A stretch of 64,000 nucleotides of DNA from Octopus vulgaris (lineage: Eukaryota), in contig OX597833.1 in assembly GCA_951406725.2 (NCBI GenBank), positions 45,012,001 to 45,076,000 on the forward strand, in the 5' to 3' direction. Each line of letters starts with the position of its first letter. The first letter of the stretch is position 1. Positions 1 through 15,835 of the stretch are shown one piece after another. Below the pieces are notes generated by a model, which saw nothing but the letters and a program-made list of their open reading frames with translations, made no database searches and was not told the origin of the DNA. A program made the translations under genes and the position numbers.

Positions 1-52
<52 letters not shown>

Positions 53-60
53 GTGTATAT

Positions 61-118
<58 letters not shown>

Positions 119-153
119 GTATATATATATATATGTATATATATATATGTATG

Positions 154-202
<49 letters not shown>

Positions 203-223
203 TGTATATATATATATAATATA

Positions 224-272
<49 letters not shown>

Positions 273-327
273 GTATATATATATGTATATATATATGTAT
301 GTATATATATGTATATATATATGTATG

Positions 328-358
<31 letters not shown>

Positions 359-520
359 ATATATATATGTATATATAGTATATATATATGTATATATATA
401 TGTATATATATATGTATGTATATATATATGTATATATATATGTATGTATATATATATGTATATATATATGTATGTATATATATATGTATATATATATGTA
501 TGTATATATATATGTATATA

Positions 521-553
<33 letters not shown>

Positions 554-587
554 TATGTATATATATATGTATATATATATGTATATA

Positions 588-642
<55 letters not shown>

Positions 643-643
643 G

Positions 644-738
<95 letters not shown>

Positions 739-831
739 GTATATATATGTATATATATATGTATATATATGTGTATATATATGTATATATATGTATATAT
801 ATATATATATGTATATATATGTATATATATG

Positions 832-862
<31 letters not shown>

Positions 863-957
863 GTATATATATGTATATATATATATATATATGTGTATAT
901 ATATGTATATATGTATATATATATGTATATATATGTATATATATATGTATATATATG

Positions 958-1053
<96 letters not shown>

Positions 1054-1273
1054 TGTATATATATATGTATATATGCATGTATATATATATGTATATATAT
1101 ATGTATATATATATGTATATATATATATATATGTACATATATATATATGACATATATATGTACATATATATATATGTATGTATATATGTATATATATGTA
1201 TATATATATATGTATATATATATGTATATATATATATATGTATATATATATGTACATATATATATATGTATGT

Positions 1274-1311
<38 letters not shown>

Positions 1312-1414
1312 GTATATATATGTATGTATATATGTATATATATGTACGTATATATGTATATATATGTATGTATATTTGTATATATATGTATGTATATATG
1401 TGTATATATGTATG

Positions 1415-1447
<33 letters not shown>

Positions 1448-1484
1448 GTATGTATATATATATATGTATATATATGTATGTATA
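1..1484. repeat. Compound (TA)n/(TATG)n/(CA)n microsatellite
   Basis: Directly visible low-complexity tract; source of the spurious Y/I-rich ORFs. Confidence 0.97.
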
Positions 1485-1858
1485 TCATCATCATCTCCAT
1501 CATTTAGCGTCCATGCTAGCATGGGTTGGACGGTTCTACTGGGGTCTGTGAAGCCAGAAATCTTCATCAGGCCCAGTCAAATCTGGCAGTGTTTCTACGG
1601 CTGGATGCCCTTCCTAACGCCAACCACTCCGAGAGTGTAGTGGGTTATTTTTACGTGCCACCCGCACAGGTGCCAGACAGAGCTGGCAAACGGCCACGAA
1701 CGGATGGTGCTTTTTATGTGCCACTGTCACGAGGACCAGGCGAGGCTGGCAACGGACACGAAACGTTACAGTGCTGGCAACGGCCGCGAAACGGAAGGTT
1801 CTCTTACATGCCACCGGCACTGGTAACACATCTGCAATTTGCATTGATCGATTTCGAT
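1485..1858 (-). mobile_element. 5'-truncated RTE LINE 3' UTR fragment (SINE-like copy)
   Basis: Reverse complement matches the 3' UTR and (GAT)n tail of the RTE copy at 37780-38260 (catcatc...tagcgtcc...catgctagcatgggttggacggttc). Confidence 0.85.
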
Positions 1859-2006
1859 TATGTATATATATATGTATATATATGTATGTATATATGTATA
1901 TATATGTATATATATATATATATGTATTTATATGTATATATATATATATGTATATGTATGTATATATATATATATATATGTATGTATATATATATGTATA
2001 TGTATG

Positions 2007-2037
<31 letters not shown>

Positions 2038-2068
2038 GTATGTATATATATATATATGTATGTATATA

Positions 2069-2118
<50 letters not shown>

Positions 2119-2140
2119 TATATACACATATATATATACA
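1859..2140. repeat. (TA)n/(TATG)n microsatellite
   Basis: Directly visible. Confidence 0.95.
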
Positions 2141-2390
2141 CGTTGTAGTGGCTACATTTAAGAAATGATAATAGTAATATCACTTCAATATAAATATAGC
2201 CACACTTCGGGTTAAAGATAAAAGCAATAAGATAATTAATTAGATAAATTAATAAATATACATATATAATCTTGTAAAATACGAAATATCTTAAAAATAT
2301 ATTCTTTATATGTTTATATATTCTCTTATATATATTTTTATATATCCTTTTATATATTTCTTATATATTCTTTATATATATATGTGTGTG

Positions 2391-2472
<82 letters not shown>

Positions 2473-2473
<1 letters not shown>

Positions 2474-5400
2474 TGGCATTGTGAGGAAGGTGCAGGCTGC
2501 CATTTTGCACACACACCAAAGACCCTGCCACATAAACATGAAACAGGGCGGAAACCACCTGCCAAAAGGAAAAGAAAAGGACTACGCACCACATTCCCCA
2601 AAACGGAGGTATGCAGATGTAGTGCATGTTACAAACCATGAACATGTTATTGAAAGGGCAGCTGCTGAACAAGAATCTTTTTTGTGCATGGCACAAAAGA
2701 TTGCACAGCAGCTAACCTGGCTCCATCAATCTCAAATTCACAGATGGGACTATACACAATACACAAGACCACCACAGCGAATGGACCCAAGGTGGACACC
2801 ACTGGCAATAACACAGACATCACATTGATGCTCTTACTGAACATCAGAGGACTGCTAACACTCAGTAACTGGACAAAAATCTCTTTCTTGAGAGACCTTG
2901 TTGCATGCAATCAAGCCTTATGCATAGCACTTATAGAAACACACCTGAAACCAGACATAGCAAATGTGGAAATATACATACCATAGTATGTTGTATTACG
3001 GACCAACAGAAAAGAAAGTAGTGACGGTGGAGTTGCTATGTACATCCGCAAGGACCTCACACCCCAAGTCCTTTTGTCATACTCAAATTTGGTGTGTGAC
3101 ACACTAATTGTACATATAAGGCAACTTGGTGTAGTTATATGTGCTACATATCGCCCTCCAGATGCTCCAAGTCATGTCGGCAGGTTTGAAGACTGCCTTA
3201 TAAAAATAGAAGTTCTAGTCACATTAGAACAACACATAAGTGTACTTCTTATGGGAGACTTCAATCTGCCCAATGTCAGCTGGCCCGAGGGCCTTTCTCC
3301 CTCCAGGAATGACATGATGTGAACGAGGGCAGGCGAGGTCCCTCCTGAACTTCATCAACACTCTATACATGGAGCAAATAGTACTCCAACCAACCAGGGC
3401 AGGTAACATACTGGATCTCTGCTTTACAAATAATATGGATTTCAACCATAATGTGAAAGTGACACAGACGCTACACTCGGATCACAACATGGTAGAACTG
3501 ACCATGTACAGGCCAAAGAAAAGCATGGACATGCTGCCTACAAGAAACTCTCAGAATCTTTCCAGCTTGAACTTCCATAAGGCAAACTGGAAACAAATTG
3601 AGAAAGAGATCCTCAAACAAAACTGGCCTAAATGTCTCTCCTCGCCAGACATCGACATGAAACTTCAACAATACATGTCTGTAATGCAAGCCATATGCGA
3701 CAAATGTATCCCAGAGAAAAAGGCCACTGTACACAAGAACAAAATCCCCAGAGAGAGGAAAATTCTAATGAGACGGCTTACAAAAGTTTCAAATCACCTA
3801 AACAAACAAATTAAAAGCAGTGAAAAGTCGCGCCTGAAAATAAAACTGTTGGAAATTGAAAAATGTCTGCAAGTCTCCCATGAAAAAGAAAGAGCCGACA
3901 AAGAAGCCTGGGCGATAGACAATATAAAATCTAACCCCAGAGCTTTCTGCAAGTTTACGAAAGAAACAGCAATTCAAAAGTATTTTCGCTCCACCCCTAG
4001 GGCACTTTCAAGTCAGCAATCCAACTGACTTCTTTACCGCTGCAGATATAAAATCAGAGGCAATGATGATTGATTACATCAATATAAAGGAAGACGATGT
4101 AATAAGGGCTATAGATGAAATGAACCCAAACACAGCTACTGGCCCCGATGGATTCCCAGCAATCCTTCTAAAAGTAAGTGAGTCCTAGCAAGACCACTGC
4201 AGTTCCTCTTTCAGAGCTTCCTTGAAGCTGGCAAACTCCCAAGAAAACTGAAGGAAGGCAAAATATGCCCCATTCATAAAGGAGGTAGCAGAGCGGAGGC
4301 CAAGAACTACAGACCTATCTCTCTGACCTCACACATCAGCACGGTCATGGAATGAATAGTCAGAAGGAAACTAATCGCCTTCCTTGAAGAAAGAAACTTG
4401 CTGCCTGACACCCAACATGGTTTCCGACCAAGAAGAAGCTACCTAACTCAGCTCCTACAACACTATGGCTCTGTGCTGAAACAACTGCTCAACCACTCAA
4501 ATGTGGAAGTCATATATCTTGACTTTGCAAAGGCCTTTGATAAAGTTGATCATGGAATGATATGTCACAAACTGCGTGATCTTGGCATAGTTGGAAAATT
4601 GGGAGAATGGCTTCATGACTTTCTGAAGAATAGAAGTCAGGTGGTAGTAGCCAATGGGGCCATCTCCAATAACACGCAAATAGTGAGCGGTGTTCCACAA
4701 GGCACTGTTTTGGGACCACTACTGTTCATAATGGCCCTCTCAGACATGCCCTCAGCCACGCAGAGAGCCATGATCACAAGCTATGCAGATGATACAAAAG
4801 TTTCACAGGTAATACAAAACCTTGAAAACGCTATGCCCTTTCAATGTGAGCTTGACGAAATATACAAGTGGGCTGAAAAGAATAGCATGCAGTTCAATGC
4901 TGAAAAGTTTCAAGCTTTATGCTATCAGCATGCAAAACTAAATGCAATACACTGGACCTGGAGGGACTGCAATCCCAGAGGCACAATCAGTGCGTGACCT
5001 GGGTATTTACATGAGTAATGATGCCACCATTCATGTGCATGTTGCTAAATTGGCAATGAAATGTAGGCGGCTGACCAGATGGATTCTTAGAGCTTTTAGA
5101 ACAAGAGACCAGGAAACCATGATGGTCCTCTGGAGAACACTTGTCCTAAGCCACTTTGACTATTGCTCTCAGCTATGGTCACCAACCAGTGTCAAATCAA
5201 TCACAGAACTTGAGGCAATCCAATGAAGCTACACGAAGAAGATAGCCTCTATGCAGAATATAAGCTATTGGGAAAGACTCAAGAGATTAAGACTCTATTC
5301 CTTAGAGCGTAGGTGAGAAAGATATGCCATAATATACATCTAGAAGATCCTGAAAGGACTTGTTCCAAACTTTGGCATCGAGAGTTACACAAATACTAGA

Positions 5401-5745
5401 ACTGGGCCCCACTGCATAGTGCCAAGAACTCCAAATTTGCCATCAAGATGTAGGAGAAGATACTGCGATAGCCTGGGCTTCAGAGGTCCACAGCTCTTTA
5501 ATATCCTCCCGAAGGTGGATGCGGATGTCTTTAAAATAAAGCTGGACCTCTTTCTGTCAGGTGTCCCAGATGAACCAACTTCACCGCAGGAGGTGCAGAC
5601 AAGGGCAAAGGTATCAAACTCTCTCATGCACCAGATGTCAATTGCTAAAAAGCATTCGTGAAGTAAAATCATGTAGCAACACCGAATGGCGGTGCCCCAG
5701 CATGGCCACAGCTCGTGAGCTGAAACTAGATGAAAATGAAAAAAA
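2473..5745 (+). mobile_element. Degenerate CR1-like non-LTR retrotransposon (APE endonuclease + RT, many stops and frameshifts)
   Basis: Endonuclease motifs (ETHL, YRPP, GDFNLP, LDLCFTN, SDHNMV) in ORFs 2684-4028. RT motifs QHGFR, YLDFAKAFDKV, GVPQGTVLGPLLF, YADDT in 4398-4997. RDLG and DYCSQLWSP in 4942-5226. A-rich tail near 5740. Confidence 0.92.
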
Positions 5746-5761
5746 TTATATTATATATATA

Positions 5762-6290
5762 TCACTATATATATAAAACTGAGAATGTGTGTCTGTCTGT
5801 CTGTGTGTTTCCCTAAAACTTGAGAACTACTCAACCAATTTCATTCAAATTTTACACATGCCTTACATAGGGTCCAGGGAGTATCATCGACAAAAAAAAA
5901 TGTTCAACTTCTTGCCTAGAGCTAGCCCATAGCAATATCATATCTTCTCCATTATTTCAGAATTACGTGTTAAAAGTGAAACAAAAACATTTCTCTATTT
6001 TATGTCAGATACTTTCACTTTAACAATAAAATGTCCCCCCAGAAGTAGAGGTAGGCTGGATTGTAGCTATACTTCTATACAAGAGGGAGGACAAGATACA
6101 ATTGATCGAAATTGCAAGAGACGGGCCTACAATTCCAGTCTGTTATATATTTTGAGTATTGTTATCACTAGCGATATCAAGATATAACTTTGTATTTTGT
6201 ATTTTATATGTAGATGTATATATATAGATGTACATGTAATATGTACACATATATACATGCACAGGCACTATAACCCGGCCACGATGGGTC
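5762..6290 (+). mobile_element. Non-autonomous Helitron-like element, internally deleted copy
   Basis: 5' TC...tatatataaaactgagaatgtgtgtctgtctg head and subterminal hairpin acccggccacgatgggt; homologous to the complete copy at 38274-39309. Confidence 0.75.
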
Positions 6291-6850
6291 AGAGTTTGAT
6301 ACAGCTACCCTCATTTGCACCTCTTGCCATGAGGTAGGTCCATCTGTGACTCTAAGAAGAAAAGGGAGAGGCTAATAAGGATGGAGAAGATGAAAAAGAA
6401 GCAAGGCTAATAAGGCTAATAAAGAACTTGGCTCGTTTACAGATTTAAGAACTCTCTCTGTTGAACTCTAGATCTGAATTTTTCAGCAGTTGTAAGCATG
6501 TGCCTAAGTTCCTGTTGAAGAATTGGAAAGTGCCTCCCCAACCAGATTAAATAACTATACTATGGGCTCTTAGCCACTTTTCTAGTTTTATAATTTATAG
6601 TCTAAGGAAAATAACTCTTATTTCCCTTTTGTTTCTTTCTGATTATTTTCTCATTTTCCAGTTTTTATATATTCTTCCTTCTCACTTTTTCTCATGTCCC
6701 ATTTTTAGTTTTGTTATGCCTTGTGGACAGTGTATAAGGATCGTGCTGGAATACCAGACATGCTATAACACAATGTTTGGCATGTTCTCAGCACATGAAA
6801 CTAATAAAAGCACATAAAAACATATATTGTGTTTCTTAAATAATAATTAT

Positions 6851-6899
<49 letters not shown>

Positions 6900-7186
6900 T
6901 AAATATTTAAATGTTCAGTATGTTCCTAGTAGTATGCTGATAAAACACATTCACTGCCTATAGTTACCTGACATCATCCATGGTAATTACTCAATTGTAG
7001 CTGGATCTATCTCAGGAAATCCTCAGTGTATGTTGAGTACAAAACAGATGATGGAGACAGAAAATGTAATACATGGGAAACTTTATTGCTCACAGAACAA
7101 CCAATGCACATTGTTAGAAATGGCCATTGTGAGCAATAAAGTTTCCCATGTTTTCCATCTCTGTCATTTGTTTTGTGTGTGCATGC

Positions 7187-7225
<39 letters not shown>

Positions 7226-7605
7226 CACTACCGTCAGAAATTAATTAGCACCCTTGATTTGCTCTTCACTCAAGGTATGTGCTGTCACCTAGTGGCCATA
7301 TCTCGAACTATTGCTTTGTTGCGAGTTCACTGTTGCGCAGAACGATGACGTAACTTTGTTTGCAGAGCAGTTTGAGAGCCTACACCCTTATGATCTTGAC
7401 ATAGCAGTGCAACAACAACTTGGAGTGCGGATGCAGACAAATCTTCCTTTGTTTAATAGATATAGGTAGCGCCTCGCAAGGACCGAAATCACACCATACT
7501 AAGTTTTCTCATCGCGTAAGACGTTTTGAACAGCTCATAGGTTAATTGATTTAACCTATTTAATGTAGAAATTTGAGAAGTGCTAATTAATTTCTGATGC
7601 AAGTG
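7226..7605. mobile_element. Tc1/mariner-type MITE (second copy 51719-52086)
   Basis: TIRs cactaccgtcagaaattaattagcac / gtgctaattaatttctgatgcaagtg, flanked by TA. Confidence 0.75.
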
Positions 7606-7691
7606 TATATATATATATATATATGAATACATACATCTGTATAGGCAAATAATATAAATATATCTTAATATATATATCTATCTTTTTTCAG

Positions 7692-8029
7692 CCCCCTTTA
7701 AAAGATGGTTATGATACAAACCTTCTGGATCTCGCCTGTGATAGTAATAATGTTAACATGGTCGAGTTGTTACTGAAATCTGGTGTGGTAGAGGTGGGTT
7801 ATGACACAGCTCTTCATCTGGCATGTTGTGTTGGGCACATAAACTCAGTAAAGTTGATTTTACAGTCTGAACGAGACAGCAATGTTATCAGGAACAGTGG
7901 TTTCACAGCACTTCACATAGCCTGCGATAAAAGATTTACTGATATAGTAGAGTTGTTAATACAGTCTGGAGCTGACATTAATAAAAAGGATAAATATAAT
8001 GAAACATCCCTACATTGTGCAGTTCTACG
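7692..8029 (+). CDS. Ankyrin-repeat exon of a partial MIB2-like paralog (338 bp, phase 0 to 2)
   Basis: tttttcAG acceptor at 7690-7691 and GTAAGT donor at 8030; open frame with TALHLAC / TALHIAC / TSLHCAV ankyrin motifs; paralogous to exon 51000-51634. No downstream exons seen after the gap. Confidence 0.8.
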
Positions 8030-8463
8030 GTAAGTCAAGAATAATCCAGAATATTTGCATCTGGTTCTCTTTTATTTTTCTGTTTTGCCAAAATTTTAAT
8101 TTTTAACAAATCACTTAATGCCATCATTCCACTATGGGGCCTCACTCTTAAATCTACTTAATTAAGAAATCATCATCATCATCATCACTACCACTTTCAT
8201 CCTTATCATCATCATTGTCACCACCATTACCAATCCCTGGAACAGTCACCTTCAGAATTAAATACTTCAGAGTATTAACTGTTGTCACATTGTTTCAAGT
8301 TAAATTCCTACCAGGAATTGTCAGTTTAAGGGGTCAGTATAATTTATTCCAGTAAAGTTAAGCTGTGCTCTACTTTTTTCCTATTCTTGTGTCTAAGCTA
8401 GAAATTATGATTATTATTGTTCAAAGTTCAAGTTTCACTGAAGTCACTTGCCTTTCATTATTT

Positions 8464-8563
8464 NNNNNNNNNNNNNNNNNNNNNNNNNNNNNNNNNNNNN
8501 NNNNNNNNNNNNNNNNNNNNNNNNNNNNNNNNNNNNNNNNNNNNNNNNNNNNNNNNNNNNNNN
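8464..8563. other. Assembly gap (100 N)
   Basis: Run of N. Confidence 1.
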
Positions 8564-8665
8564 TCACATTCTTCACTGACCCTTAATTCACCTGAATCTG
8601 ACAGGACAATGGGTTTATCCTAAAGTAGGTCATTGGGACATACTACACTAGCTAACCCCGTAACA

Positions 8666-8884
8666 ATACAGAGTAACACTACGATCGTTTCATGGCTGTA
8701 CAATTCATAATAATTCGAGTTACAGTCAATCTTCAGGTGAATTAAATATTTATTCAGCGAGGTTTATCAATGAACTCATTGATAAACCTCGCTGAGATAA
8801 ATATTTAATTCACCTGAAGATTGACTGTAACTCGAATTATTATGAATTGTACAGCCATGAAACGATCGTAGTGTTACTCTGTAT
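8666..8884. repeat. Near-perfect ~108-bp-arm palindrome, each arm carrying a hammerhead motif (Penelope pLTR-like)
   Basis: atacagagtaacactacgatcgtttc...tgaac|tca...gaaacgatcgtagtgttactctgtat. Confidence 0.9.
8811..8873 (+). ncRNA. Minimal type I hammerhead ribozyme motif (mirror copy 8677-8739 on minus)
   Basis: cac-CTGAAGA-stem II (tgactgta...tacagcca)-GAAAC-gatc-GTA-gtg; self-complementary helix III ACGATCGT as in Penelope-type dimeric hammerheads. Confidence 0.75.
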
Positions 8885-9009
8885 CATTTATTAACCTTAC
8901 AATACTTTTGATATTTTAAAATAATATAAATTAATTAATTTTATGTATTGGCTTATGTTTTTCATTGTTTGATTTGCCTAATGGTGGTTTTATCTCTAAT
9001 TTAATATAA

Positions 9010-11617
<2,608 letters not shown>

Positions 11618-11618
<1 letters not shown>

Positions 11619-12033
11619 CAGGAGTGGCTGTGTGGTAAGTAGCTTGCTAACCAACCACATGGTTCCGGGTTCAGTCCCACTGCGTGGCATCTTGGGCAAG
11701 TGTCTTCTGCTATAGCCCCAGGCCGACCAATGCCTTGTGAGTGGATTTGGTAGACGGAAACTGAAAGAAGCCTGTCGTATATATGTATATGTATACATAT
11801 GTATGTGTGTGTGTGTGTTTGTGTGTTTGTGTTTGTCCCCCTAGCATTGCTTGACAGCCGATGCTGGTGTGTTTACGTCCCCGTCACTTAGCGGTTCGGC
11901 AAAAGAGACCGATAGAATAAGTACTGGGCTTACAAAGAATAAGTCCCGGGGTCGATTTGCTCGACTAAAGGCGGTGCTCCAGCATGGCCGCAGTCAAAAC
12001 TACTGAAACAAGTAAAAAGAGAAAAAAGAGAAA
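11618..12033 (+). mobile_element. tRNA-derived SINE, family A (full-length)
   Basis: A box (tggctgtgtggt) and B box (ggttcagtccc) head, internal (TA)/(TG) tract, tail ggcggtgctccagcatggcc...gaaacaagtaaaaagag; other copies in the window. Confidence 0.88.
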
Positions 12034-12034
12034 G

Positions 12035-13518
<1,484 letters not shown>

Positions 13519-13519
13519 A

Positions 13520-15819
13520 AATTGAGATAGGAGTTGTAAATTCAACCCTCCATGGGATAACATATATTCAATATACTGCTAGTGAAGTACCCAACAAAGT
13601 TAATACATAAATGTTAAGAATTGCGATGCAATTAATTCATTTACCTTATTATATGTGTGAAGGTAAAAAATTTTTTTACCACAAATTAATAATACAAAAT
13701 AAGAAAATGGAGAAATACATCTAAATCAATTATCAACTATCAGATAATACCAAATCACATACTTTATTAAACCACTACATAAGAACATTAAGGTCAAACA
13801 TAAAAATATATAACAAAACAGTGTACACGAAGGAGTAATACAATACAATAAGTACAATACTTATAAGAGGATATAAATGAATAAATATAAATATACACTA
13901 CATCTTACAGCTGTTTCGGTCATGCAGATAAGTATGTCACATTGTACCTATATTAGCCATGTGTAGTAGGTCAATATGAAGTTATAAATGAGACATTTAC
14001 AAAAATATCCTAAGGCCTCTTCGGAGATTCTGAAGTACAAACCAAATTACATATATACTCATATAAGTGTGAGTACATACCCATAATAAATCATATACAT
14101 ATGAGTGCATATACTCATACTCTTATACATACACATATACATATACATAATAATACAATTGTCTTTTTTACGGTTGGTTTGTTGAGAAACATCCACACGC
14201 GCACACTTGCAAATGTGCCCACATACGCACATACACAGCTAAATCACAACATAATATAAGAGATACCAGCCCACACATACACACACACACATGCTTACAT
14301 ACAGATCCACTCACATATATCCATAAATTCGTATATGCAATCATATATACATTTATACCCAGACGACGAATGTAATTATCATATGATGCATAATTAAAAT
14401 AACACCGTATATTTCGTAAACAAATTATCTTACCACTAAAACTTCTATATCGTTACATTTCCACTATGTTTCTATTCAAATATTTACTAAATTACAAACT
14501 ACATGTTTGCCCATCAAAGGACGTATAAATACATACACAATAAGTTAACAGAAATTACTATTAATTAAGATATAAGTAAATTAATTATAAATAGTCAAAA
14601 TACGTTATTATCCTAAGATGCATAATCAAAACAACACCGTACATTTCGTAAACAAACCATCCTACCACTGAAACTTCTATATCACTGTATGTAAGCATGT
14701 GTGTGTGTATGTGTGGGCTGGTATATCTTATGTTATGTTGTGATTTGGCTGTGTATGTGCATATGTGTGCATGTTTGCAAGTGTGCGCATGTGGATGTTT
14801 CTCAACAAACCAACCGTAAAAAAGACAATTGTAATTTAAATTTAAAAGTATAAGCCAATCAAATTCTAGCGCTCGTTTCGTAACTATTTCGGAACTTAAT
14901 ACTATATTGGTGTCACAATTGAAATTATTAATTTACAATCGTATGTACATCTATGCATTTGTGGAAATTAATATCATGTAAACCGAATGACTTGACTGCT
15001 TATTTTGTATGTGCAGATATTTAATGCTTTGCATAGTACTGTAGTATTATGTTGGTCCTTAGTTTTGCTACTATATTGCTAATAATGTGATATATATATT
15101 GTTTTATTAGTATTGGTATTATTAGTAATAAGAATAATGATATTGGTAGCATTAGTGATATTGATAACAGTATTGATGTTAACATTAATGACTTTTTCTA
15201 AATTAATATAAATTAATATAATGTACTATTGACTCTGTATATCTGAATTTAAGTATGAATATGTCTATGTTCTCTACGTTGTAATATCTTAATATTAAGT
15301 TGAAAAATTGTAACATTGAATATGGAACATATATATGTTTATTGATTTATATTATTATGTATATGTATATGTGTATGTATAAGAGTATGAGTATATGCAC
15401 TCATATGTATATGTATATGATTTATTATGGGTATGTACCCACACTTATATGAGTATATATGTAATTTGGTTTGTACTTCAGAATCTCCGAAGAGGCCTTA
15501 GGATATTTTTGTAAATGTCTCATTTATAACTTCATATTGACCTACTACACATGGCTAATATAGGTAAAATGTGACATACTTATCTGCATGGCCGAAACAG
15601 CTGTAAGATGTAGTGTATATTTATATTTATTCATTTATATCCTCTTATAAGTATTGTACTTATTGTATTGTATTACTCCTTCATGTACACTGTTTTGTTA
15701 TATATTTTTATGTTTGACCTTAATGTTCTTATGTAGTGGTTTAATAAAGTATGTGATTGGGTATTATCTTGTAGTTGATAATTGATTTAGATGTATTTCT
15801 CCATTTTCTTATCTTGTAT
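13520..15819. mobile_element. Non-coding foldback element A: ~460-bp inverted arms (13692-14152 / 15350-15819), each with a hammerhead motif; probable non-autonomous Penelope-like derivative
   Basis: Arms are near-perfect reverse complements; nested IR 14155-14300 / 14690-14832; tail 13520-13690 homologous to 21580-21745 and 61500-61640. Confidence 0.78.
15483..15609 (+). ncRNA. Hammerhead-like motif with CCGAAGA core variant and ~90-nt stem-II insert (mirror copy 13902-14028 on minus)
   Basis: atct-CCGAAGA-ggcc...ggcc-GAAAC-agct-GTA-agat. Confidence 0.65.
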
Positions 15820-15835
15820 AAATATATATAGCTGG

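Larger units (their letters stand above)
6421..8463 (+). repeat. Inverted segmental duplicate of 50549-52865
   Basis: Near-continuous reverse-complement match (by eye about 95% or more in introns), including intron MITE, hairpin and ankyrin exon; ends at the N gap. Confidence 0.93.

Noticed and set aside
11618-11690. tRNA gene candidates (also 35191-35265, 54077-54145 and a lone B box near 30460-30478)
   Set aside because: A/B boxes run straight into SINE bodies or lack a cloverleaf; these are SINE heads or fragments, not tRNAs.
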